From NCBI GenBank assembly GCA_036268055.1, contig DATAUW010000002.1, positions 28,124 to 92,123 of the forward strand: a stretch of 64,000 nucleotides of DNA, read 5' to 3'. Below, piece after piece: positions 28,427-37,639 of the stretch. The notes below the pieces were generated by a model that worked only from the letters and a program-made list of their open reading frames with translations, did no database searches and had not been told where the DNA came from. This DNA comes from Verrucomicrobiia bacterium. Its GTDB lineage: Bacteria > Verrucomicrobiota > Verrucomicrobiia > Limisphaerales > Pedosphaeraceae. The position numbers and the translations under genes were made by a program. Within the stretch, counting starts at the first letter, position 1, and every line of letters starts with the position of its first letter.

Positions 28427-30934
28427 TTAGCTCGAGAGCGCGCCGTGCGCGGACGTGTTCTGGATGAACACAAGTTTGTCGTTTTCCAAGGTGACCTGGA
28501 TGGGATCGTTTTCGTGGAGATTGCCCTTGAGCAATTCCTCCGCCAGCGGATCTTCGAGGAAACGCTCGACCGCGCGGCGCATCGGACGCGCGCCATAATT
28601 CGGGTCGTAGCCCTTCTGCACGAGGAAGTCCATCGCCTTTTCATCCAGCGTGAGATGAATATTCTTGTGCTTCAGGCGCGTCGTGACCTTGCTGATCTCG
28701 AGGTCGAGAATCTGGATCAAGTCCGGTTTCGTAAGCGAGCGGAAGACAATAACATCATCCAAACGATTCAGGAATTCCGGCTTAAACGTGCGCTTGGCTT
28801 CATCCATGATTTTCTCGCGCATGCCTTCGTAGGTATGCTGATCGGAGATCGGCGAAAAGCCCATCGTGGATTGTTTCTTGATGGTTTCTGAACCGACGTT
28901 CGAAGTCATCAATATGATCGTGTTGCGGAAATTCACCACGCGGCCCACGCTGTCGGTCAACTTGCCTTCCTCCAAAATTTGGAGAAGCATGTTCCAGACG
29001 TCCGGATGCGCTTTTTCAATTTCGTCGAATAGCACAACCGAATAAGGCTTGCGGCGCACTTGTTCCGTCAACTGGCCGCCTTCTTCATAACCCACATATC
29101 CGGGCGGCGAACCGACGAGGCGCGACACATTGAATTTTTCCATGTATTCGCTCATGTCGAGTTGAATGAGCGATTTGGTATCGCCGAACATCTGTTCCGC
29201 GAGAGTTTTCGCGAGCAAGGTTTTGCCAACGCCGGTCGGCCCAAGCAACGCGAACGTGCCGATCGGGCGCTTCGGATCTTTCAAGTCCGCGCGAGCGCGG
29301 CGCAAGGCCTTGCACATCGCCACCACGGCTTCGTGCTGGCCGACGACGACCTTGGACATTTCCTGCTCGACCGCGAGCAACCGCTGGGCTTCGCCTTGTT
29401 CCATGCGCTTGAGCGGAATGCCGGTCCACTTGGCGACCACATGCAGAATATCTTCCTCGTCCACGCGAACACGTTTTTCTTCGCGGTTCGTGCGCCATGC
29501 GGTGAGGATGGCGTCGAGTTTTTCCTTCGCCTGCTTTTCTTTATCGCGCATGGACGCCGCGCCTTCAAAATCCTGTTCCTTGATGGCGCGTTCCTTCTTG
29601 ACCTTGATGTCTTCGATCTCGACTTCCACGTCCTTCACTTCGGGCGGGCGAGTCATCGTGCCGATGCGTGCGCGCGAACCGGCTTCGTCCATCAAATCAA
29701 TCGCCTTGTCCGGCAGGAAACGATCGGGGATATAACGGTCGGAAAGCTTGACCGCCGCCTCAATGGCTTTATCAGTGAATTCTGCCTTATGATGCTCTTC
29801 GTATTTGCCGCGAAGGCCCTTGAGAATAAGCACGGCTTCCTCGATGGAAGGCGCTTCGACTTTCACACTCTGGAAACGACGTTCGAGCGCGGCGTCTTTC
29901 TCGATATATTTGCGATATTCATTGAGCGTGGTCGCGCCGATGCATTGCATCTCGCCGCGGCTGAGCGCGGGCTTGATGATGTTCGAGGCGTCCATCGTGC
30001 CTTCGGCGGAACCCGCGCCGACGATGGTGTGCAACTCGTCAATGAACAAAATAATATTCTTCGCGCGGCGGATTTCGTCCATGACCGCTTTGATGCGCTC
30101 TTCGAACTGGCCGCGATATTTAGTGCCCGCCACCATCAACGCGAGGTCGAGAGTGATGACGCGTTTTTCGCGCAGCAATTCCGGCACGTTGCCTTGGGCG
30201 ATTTCCTGCGCGAGACCTTCGACGATGGCGGTCTTGCCGACACCCGCTTCACCGAGCAGCACGGGATTATTTTTCGTGCGGCGGCAAAGGATTTGAATGA
30301 CGCGCTCGATCTCGTTCTTGCGGCCGATGACCGGGTCCATTTCATTTTTGCGCGCAATCTCCGTGAGGTCGCGCCCAAAGGCTTTCAACGCCGGGGTTTT
30401 GACATCGCCTTTTTTCTCCGGCGGGGCAGGGCGTTCCGCGCCTTCGCCACCTTGCGGCGGAGTTTGTTCTTCTGAGGCGGAAAAATTCGGATCAAGTTCC
30501 TTGAGGATTTCCTGGCGCGTCTGTTCGATGTCAATGTCCAGATTCTTCAACACGCGTGCGGCCACGCCGTCGCCTTCACGCAGCAGGCCCAATAATATAT
30601 GCTCCGTGCCGACGTAGGTGTGATTGAGCGCCTTGGCTTCCTTGGCGGCGAGTTGCAAAACCTTCTTCACGCGCGGCGTATAAGGAATATTGCCGATCAT
30701 TTTTTGATCGGGACCGGTGCCGACTTGCTTCTCGACTTCCATGCGGACGGTTTCGAGATCGAGCCCGAGTTTTTGCAAGACGTTGACCGCGACGCCCTGT
30801 CCCAATTTGATCAGGCCGAGCAAAAGATGTTCGGTGCCAACGAAGTTATGGTTAAAGCGATCGGCCTCTTTGCGCGCCAGCGCGAGCACTTGTTGTGCGC
30901 GTGGCGTAAAATTATTCATTGATTCATCACTCAT
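28427..30934 (-). CDS. clpC: ATP-dependent Clp protease ATP-binding subunit ClpC
   Basis: 835 aa. Two Clp_N repeats, two AAA+ modules ([16 protein letters not shown]), a UVR motif. Confidence 0.95.
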   Translation of the reverse strand: MSDESMNNFTPRAQQVLALARKEADRFNHNFVGTEHLLLGLIKLGQGVAVNVLQKLGLDLETVRMEVEKQVGTGPDQKMIGNIPYTPRVKKVLQLAAKEAKALNHTYVGTEHILLGLLREGDGVAARVLKNLDIDIEQTRQEILKELDPNFSASEEQTPPQGGEGAERPAPPEKKGDVKTPALKAFGRDLTEIARKNEMDPVIGRKNEIERVIQILCRRTKNNPVLLGEAGVGKTAIVEGLAQEIAQGNVPELLREKRVITLDLALMVAGTKYRGQFEERIKAVMDEIRRAKNIILFIDELHTIVGAGSAEGTMDASNIIKPALSRGEMQCIGATTLNEYRKYIEKDAALERRFQSVKVEAPSIEEAVLILKGLRGKYEEHHKAEFTDKAIEAAVKLSDRYIPDRFLPDKAIDLMDEAGSRARIGTMTRPPEVKDVEVEIEDIKVKKERAIKEQDFEGAASMRDKEKQAKEKLDAILTAWRTNREEKRVRVDEEDILHVVAKWTGIPLKRMEQGEAQRLLAVEQEMSKVVVGQHEAVVAMCKALRRARADLKDPKRPIGTFALLGPTGVGKTLLAKTLAEQMFGDTKSLIQLDMSEYMEKFNVSRLVGSPPGYVGYEEGGQLTEQVRRKPYSVVLFDEIEKAHPDVWNMLLQILEEGKLTDSVGRVVNFRNTIILMTSNVGSETIKKQSTMGFSPISDQHTYEGMREKIMDEAKRTFKPEFLNRLDDVIVFRSLTKPDLIQILDLEISKVTTRLKHKNIHLTLDEKAMDFLVQKGYDPNYGARPMRRAVERFLEDPLAEELLKGNLHENDPIQVTLENDKLVFIQNTSAHGALSS

Positions 30935-30945
30935 AATTCAAAATG

Positions 30946-32064
30946 CTACGGTTTTTCAGGTTTGTCCACTTTACCGCCTTCCATGCCCGCGCCGCGAGCG
31001 ACTGGCCGGCTCACGCCGCGCAAATGTTCCCGCACCATATCCGCACGCAGCAAATCCCGTTCCTCAGCCGAAAGTTTCTCCGAATGCTGCTTCTGCAAAT
31101 GCGCCGGCTGCGTCAATATAAATAACTCATCGGTCAAGGACCGGTCGCCGCCGGGGAACAAATCCAAGTCTATTCCCAGGCGCATGAATGACAACAGGTT
31201 CATCGTTTCTTTGGACGTAATCGTATGGGCGTTCGCGAGAATGCCGTAGGCGCGACCTATATGGTTGAAAAGCATTTTGGGCTTCTTTTCCAGGAGCATC
31301 GCACGCGAATTTTCTTCGTGCTCGATGATCTGGGAAAGCACTTTGTCGAGGCGTTCGACTATGGCAGTTTCGGTTTCGCCCAAGGTCATTTGGTTGGAAA
31401 CCTGGAAAACATTGCCCAGTGCTTCAGTACCTTCGCCATACAAACCGCGCACGGCCAGGCCAAGTTTGTTCACGGATTGGATGATCGGGTTGATCTGTTC
31501 GTGGAGGACGAGTCCGGGCAGGTGCAACATCGCGCTTACGCGGATGCCGGTGCCGAGATTCGTCGGGCAAGCGGTGAGATACCCGATGTCCGAGCTATAG
31601 GCGTAATTCAATTTGCGCTCAAGCGCGGTATCCGCCTGATCAATCGCCAGCCACGCCTGCTTAAGTTGCAAACCGGGGCGAAGCGCTTGCATGCGCAAAT
31701 GATCTTCCTCGTTGATCATCACGCAAAGGGATTCTTCGCGATTGAGAACAAGTCCGCTGCCGGCGCTTTTCGCGGCGTGCTCGCGGCTGATGAGATGGCG
31801 TTCGATGAGAATCTGTTTATCGAGCGCGGAAAGATTATCCATGGACTCCGAGAACGCGCCTTTCATTTCCGAAAGGCTTTCGACGGCGGGCCGGATGATG
31901 TCCATGAGGCGGACCTTCTCCGATTTTTTCGCCCAACCCGGAAACGCCCCGTCCCGGACATTGCGCGCGAGCCGCACCCGGCTCGACATCACGATCCGGT
32001 CGTGCGGGCCTTTGCGGCGCACGCTGTCAGCCGGCGGGATGAGGAAGTCATGAATGTTCATCAA
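30946..32064 (-). CDS. mcsB: Protein arginine kinase (ATP:guanido phosphotransferase)
   Basis: 372 aa. Phosphagen-kinase signature CPTNLGTGIR. Confidence 0.9.
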   Translation of the reverse strand: MMNIHDFLIPPADSVRRKGPHDRIVMSSRVRLARNVRDGAFPGWAKKSEKVRLMDIIRPAVESLSEMKGAFSESMDNLSALDKQILIERHLISREHAAKSAGSGLVLNREESLCVMINEEDHLRMQALRPGLQLKQAWLAIDQADTALERKLNYAYSSDIGYLTACPTNLGTGIRVSAMLHLPGLVLHEQINPIIQSVNKLGLAVRGLYGEGTEALGNVFQVSNQMTLGETETAIVERLDKVLSQIIEHEENSRAMLLEKKPKMLFNHIGRAYGILANAHTITSKETMNLLSFMRLGIDLDLFPGGDRSLTDELFILTQPAHLQKQHSEKLSAEERDLLRADMVREHLRGVSRPVARGAGMEGGKVDKPEKP

Positions 32065-32574
32065 TCAAGTCGTCGCTAAATTGCCCAGCTTATTGGACAT
32101 CTGTTTGATCTCGTCGCGCAACAAGGCGGCCTGCTCAAAATTTTCGTCGTCCACGGCCTTGGAAAGTTTTTTCTGCAACGTCTTCAAACGCTCGGTCAAC
32201 TCGCGGCTCTGTTGAAGCGATTGCGGCACCTTGCCGACGTGGTGCGTGCCCTTGTGCATGGTCTTGAGCAACCCTTCGAGGCCCTCCGCGAAGGTCGCAT
32301 AACATTCCGCGCAACCGAGGCGTCCGGCTTTTTTGAAATCCGCTTGCGTGAAACCGCACTTGGGACATTTCAAATCCGCGCCGCCGGAGGCCGCTTCCAA
32401 TTCCTGCGAAGCGCCGAGGCCGAGCAAAAGATCGGCAAGCGAAAAGCCGGTGGGATCGTTGACGCCTTTTTGCTTGGCGCATTCTTCGCACAAATCTACC
32501 TTCTGCATCTTGTCGCCCTGAATCTGGGTCAGATGCACGGTGGCTTCTTTTTCTTTGCAAACACAACACAACAT
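32065..32574 (-). CDS. mcsA: Protein arginine kinase activator McsA (two CxxC zinc ribbons plus a UVR domain)
   Basis: 169 aa. CCVC..CEEC and CPKC..CAEC pairs. A C-terminal UVR-like helix (AALLRDEIKQM). Confidence 0.8.
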   Translation of the reverse strand: MLCCVCKEKEATVHLTQIQGDKMQKVDLCEECAKQKGVNDPTGFSLADLLLGLGASQELEAASGGADLKCPKCGFTQADFKKAGRLGCAECYATFAEGLEGLLKTMHKGTHHVGKVPQSLQQSRELTERLKTLQKKLSKAVDDENFEQAALLRDEIKQMSNKLGNLATT

Positions 32575-32578
32575 ACGG

Positions 32579-32743
32579 TCAATTTTTATCGCTTAACAAC
32601 TGCGCCAAATCTATTCCGGCGGGATTGTTCAATCCCTTTTTCCGGGCGCATTCTTCGCAGAAATCTTTCGCCCGCGCGGTGTCTCCCTGCACCTGGCTCA
32701 AGTGCACGGACGCTTCCTTCTCTTTACAGACGCAACACAGCAT
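32579..32743 (-). CDS. Mini-McsA. A 54-aa stand-alone zinc-ribbon paralogue of the McsA N-terminus.
   Basis: Manual translation gives MLCCVCKEKEASVHLSQVQGDTARAKDFCEECARKKGLNNPAGIDLAQLLSDKN. This is near-identical to McsA residues 1-50 (MLCCVCKEKEATVHLTQIQGD...CEECAKQKGVNDPTGFSLADLL). Its stop lies 4 nt before the mcsA start. It is below the ORF-track size cut-off. Confidence 0.5.
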   Translation of the reverse strand: MLCCVCKEKEASVHLSQVQGDTARAKDFCEECARKKGLNNPAGIDLAQLLSDKN

Positions 32744-32754
32744 ATCCTTGATAT

Positions 32755-33621
32755 TTATATCGGCTCACCGGAGCTATTAGTCAAGGTGTGGTAGGCCTTA
32801 ATCAGCTTTTGAGTCACGGGACCAGGCTTGCCGGTGCCGATGACGCGGCCATCAATTTTCACCACGGAAATCACTTCCGCACCGGTGCCGGTCAGGAAGC
32901 ATTCTTCCGCATTGAACATATCGTAACGCGTCAGGTTCGGCTCGTTTACGGTCAAACCAGCTTCGACCGCGAGATCCATCACCGCTTTGCGGGTGATGCC
33001 GTAAAGCGCGCCTGCCGAAAGCGGCGGGGTGGACAAAGTATTGCCATTGAGGATGAAGATATTGTCGCCAGTGCATTCCGCGACGTAACCCTCGGCGTTG
33101 AGCATGATGGCTTCTTCGACGCCGCCATTGTTCGCCTCGATTTTCGCGAGGATGTTGTTGAGATAATTAAGCGACTTGATCGCCGGATTGAGCGCGCTGT
33201 GCAGGTTGCGCGTTGTGGCCACGGTGATGATGTCCAGTCCGCGTTTGTAGAACGATTCAGGATAAAGCTGGATTTTGTCCGCGATGATGATGACGGACGG
33301 ATTTTTGCAGCGGTTGGGATTCAGTCCGAGCGTGCCCACGCCGCGTGTCACGACGAGGCGGATATAGCAATCACGCAATTTATTTCTGCGGCAGGTCTCG
33401 ACGACGGCTTTCATCATCTCGGCATGCGAGAGAGGAATGGTGAGCAGCAGTGCCTTGGCCGAGCAAAAAAGCCGGTCAATGTGTTCTTTCAAACGAAAGA
33501 CGCGGCCATTGTAAGCGCGAATTCCTTCAAAGATTCCATCGCCATAAAGCAAGCCGTGATCGAACACGGACACCTTGGCGTCCTTCTCTGCCACATATTT
33601 TCCGTCGAGATATATTTTCAT
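32755..33621 (-). CDS. ilvE: Branched-chain amino acid aminotransferase (class IV PLP enzyme)
   Basis: 288 aa. Family-level similarity (DHGLLYGDGIFEGIRAY, catalytic Lys region). Confidence 0.9.
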   Translation of the reverse strand: MKIYLDGKYVAEKDAKVSVFDHGLLYGDGIFEGIRAYNGRVFRLKEHIDRLFCSAKALLLTIPLSHAEMMKAVVETCRRNKLRDCYIRLVVTRGVGTLGLNPNRCKNPSVIIIADKIQLYPESFYKRGLDIITVATTRNLHSALNPAIKSLNYLNNILAKIEANNGGVEEAIMLNAEGYVAECTGDNIFILNGNTLSTPPLSAGALYGITRKAVMDLAVEAGLTVNEPNLTRYDMFNAEECFLTGTGAEVISVVKIDGRVIGTGKPGPVTQKLIKAYHTLTNSSGEPI

Positions 33622-33698
33622 GATTAAAACAAACTCAACCTACGTTAAACCCCCGCCAATGCGCAACAAATAAGGTCGCTTTATTTTCTTCGATATTC

Positions 33699-33775
33699 GA
33701 ATCCGTGTTCCTCCGTGTTCCATCCGTGGCCAAAATTTCTTTCCCCCAGTGGCCGTCCGCAAGGATCTTCGTGGT
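33699..33775. repeat. Junction of two dispersed repeat families. A family A copy in reverse orientation (gaatccgtgttcctccgtgttccatccgtggccaaaa) lies immediately next to the family B core (tttcccccagtggccgtccgcaaggatct).
   Basis: Sequence matches to 12945-12983 (reverse complement) and to 53155-53185. Confidence 0.45.
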
Positions 33776-33828
33776 AAAAAAATGCTTCTCACTATACACA
33801 ACCGCAAATGTTTGCTAATCTCTCCGAT

Positions 33829-34389
33829 ATGGCACTCGACGACATCATATTGGAAGCGGAAGAAAAAATGCTCAAGACCGAGGAAGTAGTCCAGCACGAG
33901 TTCTCTGGCGTGCGCACCGGCAAGGCTTCGCCGGGGCTGGTCGAAAATATTTTGGTGGACGTTTACGGTTCGCAGATGCGCATCCGCGAACTCGCTGGCA
34001 TCACCACGCCCGAGCCGCGCATGCTGCTCATCCAGCCGTGGGACGCCGGTTCAGTCAGCGCCATTGAGAAGGCGATTCAAAAAAGCAATCTGGGCCTCAA
34101 TCCGATGACGGACAAAAAATTCATCCGCATCGTTTTGCCGGAATTGAGTCAGGAACGCCGTCAGGAATTTATCAAAATCGTAAAAAAAATGTCCGAGGAT
34201 GGGCGCGTGGCCATCCGCCATGTCCGTCGCGATGCCCTCGAGCAACTAAAAAAAGATGGCAAAGCGGGTGGTGTGACTGAAGATCAAGTGGAAGCGGCGG
34301 ACAAGGAAGTTCAAAAGCTGACGGATCAATATATCGCGAAAATTGACACGCATCTCGCCCACAAGGAAAAAGAAATTATGACGGTGTGA
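33829..34389 (+). CDS. frr: Ribosome recycling factor
   Basis: Aligns along its full length with Frr (RTGKASPGLVENILVDVYG...). The start at 33829 (MALDDI) is preferred over the track start at 33808. Confidence 0.95.
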   Translation: MALDDIILEAEEKMLKTEEVVQHEFSGVRTGKASPGLVENILVDVYGSQMRIRELAGITTPEPRMLLIQPWDAGSVSAIEKAIQKSNLGLNPMTDKKFIRIVLPELSQERRQEFIKIVKKMSEDGRVAIRHVRRDALEQLKKDGKAGGVTEDQVEAADKEVQKLTDQYIAKIDTHLAHKEKEIMTV

Positions 34390-34405
34390 GTGAGCAAAAG
34401 CTCGT

Positions 34406-34726
34406 TCAATGCGTGGCGCCGTTGGTGGTCGTTTGATCGAAGCGAATGACCGTTTCGCCGGGCTTGGCGTAGCCGAGTCTTTCGCGGGTAAGACGTTCAA
34501 CGGTTTTCGGGTCATGCTGCAAGGCATCAATCGCCGCGCGCAATTTCCGGCCGACTTCGTCTTCCTGCTGCGTTTGGGCCGTAAGCTTGAAGATCTCGTG
34601 GCGCATGCGCTCGTTCTCGTTGATCAGCGGTAGATACCAGCCGACCACGAGCGCGAGTCCGCCCGCCAGCGCGAGTATCGTTACCACCCAGGTCAGCTTG
34701 CCCCAAATGCCGAGGTCAACTTTCAT
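34406..34726 (-). CDS. ftsB: Septum formation initiator / cell division protein FtsB (DivIC family)
   Basis: 106 aa. An N-terminal TM, a coiled coil, and a C-terminal ERLTRERLGYAKPGETVIRF signature. Confidence 0.7.
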   Translation of the reverse strand: MKVDLGIWGKLTWVVTILALAGGLALVVGWYLPLINENERMRHEIFKLTAQTQQEDEVGRKLRAAIDALQHDPKTVERLTRERLGYAKPGETVIRFDQTTTNGATH

Positions 34727-34833
34727 TTTTTATCAATAAACCGCTTTTTTGCGGATTTGCAAAGCACAATAGTTGAACGCCGCAGATAAAGAGTTGTCAT
34801 TTTAGTGGTTCATCAGTAAGACTTTTCGCGTAC

Positions 34834-35442
34834 ATGATTAAAGCCATACAACTTATTTTTGAGCCCGTCTCCACCTGGGCCAAAATCGGCCTCGACCGCA
34901 AATCCATTTTCCAGATATTCAGCTTTTTTTTAACGCCCCTGATCGTCCTGTCCGTGGCCGCCGAAGTGGCCGGTATTTTTTATCTCAACAAATATCGTAA
35001 TCCGAATGGATTGCTCACCATTCCGCGCACCCGCCTTTTTGAATACATCGGGGCGGAATTCTTTGGCAGTTTTCTGATGGTGTTTGTAGCGGCATTGGTA
35101 TTGAGGTCGCTGGCGCGTTCCTTTCATCCGCGCCATACCTACGCGCAGTGTTTCACGCTTGCGGCTTACGCCTACAGCCCGCTTTTTCTGGTGCGCATGT
35201 TGGACGCAATTCCCCCGATCAATCCTTGGGCCACGTTTGCCCTGGGAATTCTCCTGACGGTTGCCACCGTATATTATGGCGTGCCCGCCGCGCTCCAACC
35301 CGACCCGCCAAACGCCTTCGGTATTTATCTGATGAGCGCGTTATTGATCGCGGGTATCGCCGGAATATTTCGTTTGCTGACGCTGCTGTTGCTTGCAGGC
35401 AAGTTGAAAATTCTCAACGCCGACGCGCTTTATAACTACTAG
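34834..35442 (+). CDS. Yip1-family-like integral membrane protein (5 TM)
   Basis: 202-aa hydrophobic protein with a topology resembling the Yip1/DUF1282 family. Weak call. Confidence 0.4.
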   Translation: MIKAIQLIFEPVSTWAKIGLDRKSIFQIFSFFLTPLIVLSVAAEVAGIFYLNKYRNPNGLLTIPRTRLFEYIGAEFFGSFLMVFVAALVLRSLARSFHPRHTYAQCFTLAAYAYSPLFLVRMLDAIPPINPWATFALGILLTVATVYYGVPAALQPDPPNAFGIYLMSALLIAGIAGIFRLLTLLLLAGKLKILNADALYNY

Positions 35443-37273
35443 CGCGCCGGTCGAGCCACGCGCAGGCGTCTTTAATCACCCAGCGCGTATTGCGCAATGC
35501 CTCCTCAGCGACCGCGTAATCCACGCCGCGCAATTCCCGCACGATCCGTGCCGCGCGATCCTGCAATTTGATGTTCGAGGGATTGAGGTCCACCATCAGA
35601 TTGCTGATTACTTTGCCCGTGCGCACCATGGCGAGCGTCGTGAAAATATTCAGCACGAGCTTGGTCGCTGTGCCGGATTTCAAGCGCGTGGAACCGGTCA
35701 AAATTTCCGGCCCGACATTCGGCGTGATCATCAGCGTGGGCTGCGCGGCTTTTGAAATAGTCACGAACGGGTTGAACGCCACCAAAATTGTTTTTGCGCC
35801 GCGCTTTTTGGCTTCGCCAAGCGCGCCCCATACATAAGGCGTTCGTCCGCTCGCGGCGATTCCCACTACCACGTCTTTTTTGGTGACGCCGCGAAACTCG
35901 ATCGCGCGTGCGCCCGCCACCGGGTCGTCTTCTGCGCCTTCCACCGCGCGCCACAACGCGCCCTGGCCGCCCGCGATGATTCCCTGCACCAACTCCGGCG
36001 GTGTGCGAAATGTCGGTGGGCATTCGCTCGCATCCAGCACACCAAGCCGCCCGCTCGTGCCCGCGCCGATGTAAAAAAGCCGCCCGCCCCGCTTGAACGC
36101 GGCCGTGATATATTCCACCGCGCGCGCAATTTTTTTGCTCTCAACGCGGATGGCCGCGGGAATTTTTTCATCCTCGGAAAGCATCAATTCGACGGCATCG
36201 GAAATTGGCAACACGTCCAGTTTCAGTGAACGAGGATTGCGCTGTTCCGTGGGCGAGAGTTTGACCAGTTGCGAAAGCGGCATTTCGGGAACTCCCGATT
36301 TCAATGATGGTTTTATTTTGCGTTGAGGCGGGGAAGATACTTTTTGCACGTCATTTTCCCAAATTTTCTCTGCCAACACGACCGCGCCCCAGGCACTTTC
36401 GCGTTCAAGCGGCGAAACGATTGCGCCAGGCCACGCTTTTTTTATTTCAGTCGCCAGCATGCGCGTGAACTTCGGTTGCTTGAGCAAAACGCTGCCAGCC
36501 AAAATAAATTGCGCCGGGTTTTTTTCGCCCGTCAATTTTTTCGCGCAGGTGACGGCGTCGCGCGCAAGGCTCGACTTCGCGCCGGACAAAATATCCGCGG
36601 CGATTTTATCGCCTTGATCCCACGCGTCAAAAACCTGCACCGCGAGGGCCGCGATCTCCGATTTTTCCGCGCTCTGCACCCAGCCGATAAGATCGTTAGG
36701 TTCGTTGAGTTCCAACCGGTGCAATAGCCGTTCTCCGAGCTTCGGCCATTTGCCATCGCGATCATAATAATAGACGACGGCTTTCAAACCGCGCAGGCCT
36801 ATTTCATAACCGCTGCCTTTATCGCCGAGAATGTGGCCCCAGCCGCCGCTCCTGGCCGTTCGATCACCGTTGCGGCCATAACAACAGGAACCCGTGCCGC
36901 TCAACACAAGCACACGGGTCGCGGGAGATTTTTTATTTTCTCCGGCGGCGAGCGCCGTTTCCAAATCATTCGTGGCGTGGCAGGGAATTTCCGGCCACAC
37001 GCGCGCCGCGGCCAAACGGATTCGCACCCAATCGGATTCGACCCGCGCCCCCGCCATGCCGATGCCGACCGCCGCCGGTTGTGGCAAAGCCGCGGCGATG
37101 GATTTGAATAACTCAAATAATTGCGCGTCGCTTAACAAACGCACATTCGCCGGGCCCGCTTCAAAGCGTTTGATGAGGTTCTGTTTCGCGTCCGCCAGAA
37201 TGGCGACCGTATGGCTGCCGCCGCCTTCGATGCCGAGAAATAATGGGCCGGTCGTTTGATTCGAGCTACTCAT
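35414..37273 (-). CDS. murQ: Bifunctional fusion. The N-terminal half is a BadF/BadG/BcrA/BcrD-type sugar kinase (MurNAc/GlcNAc kinase-like, MurK-like). The C-terminal half is N-acetylmuramic acid 6-phosphate etherase MurQ (SIS domain).
   Basis: 619 aa. The N-terminus LFLGIEGGGSHTVAI is an ASKHA kinase fold. The C-terminus ...AVEYITAAFKRGGRLFYIGAGTSGRLGVLDASECPPTF... is the MurQ hallmark. Confidence 0.75.
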   Translation of the reverse strand: MSSSNQTTGPLFLGIEGGGSHTVAILADAKQNLIKRFEAGPANVRLLSDAQLFELFKSIAAALPQPAAVGIGMAGARVESDWVRIRLAAARVWPEIPCHATNDLETALAAGENKKSPATRVLVLSGTGSCCYGRNGDRTARSGGWGHILGDKGSGYEIGLRGLKAVVYYYDRDGKWPKLGERLLHRLELNEPNDLIGWVQSAEKSEIAALAVQVFDAWDQGDKIAADILSGAKSSLARDAVTCAKKLTGEKNPAQFILAGSVLLKQPKFTRMLATEIKKAWPGAIVSPLERESAWGAVVLAEKIWENDVQKVSSPPQRKIKPSLKSGVPEMPLSQLVKLSPTEQRNPRSLKLDVLPISDAVELMLSEDEKIPAAIRVESKKIARAVEYITAAFKRGGRLFYIGAGTSGRLGVLDASECPPTFRTPPELVQGIIAGGQGALWRAVEGAEDDPVAGARAIEFRGVTKKDVVVGIAASGRTPYVWGALGEAKKRGAKTILVAFNPFVTISKAAQPTLMITPNVGPEILTGSTRLKSGTATKLVLNIFTTLAMVRTGKVISNLMVDLNPSNIKLQDRAARIVRELRGVDYAVAEEALRNTRWVIKDACAWLDRRASSYKARRR

Positions 37274-37381
37274 GTATGTGAATTATCTGTAACTCAAAAG
37301 TTTTTACAAAGCTTTCTTGCTCCTGCGGAAAACTTGAAACTGAACGCTTTAAACTTTCCGCAATTCGGATTAACTACATCC

Positions 37382-37639
37382 ATGACCGCGACCGAACAGA
37401 CGATTTTGCAAACGCTGGTGGAACTCGATTCCGCCGTGCGCTCCATGCCCACGGCAAATCCCAAGCCGAACCTTTTGCCAATCTTTTCGCGGTTGGACGC
37501 CTTGACGAACCAGCTCCCACGCGGCACCGATGCGCAACTTCTTCATTATCTGCACAAGAAAAGTTACGAGAAGGCGCGTTTGTTTTTGTCCGGCCGTGAT
37601 GCCGAAAATGCCGCGGGAAATTGCCGGCACGTTGACTGA
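37382..37639 (+). CDS. Hypothetical small protein (about 85 aa) translationally coupled to mnmE
   Basis: An ORF ending with a TGATG overlap onto the mnmE start codon. No recognised domain. It could alternatively be a 5' leader. Confidence 0.3.
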   Translation: MTATEQTILQTLVELDSAVRSMPTANPKPNLLPIFSRLDALTNQLPRGTDAQLLHYLHKKSYEKARLFLSGRDAENAAGNCRHVD

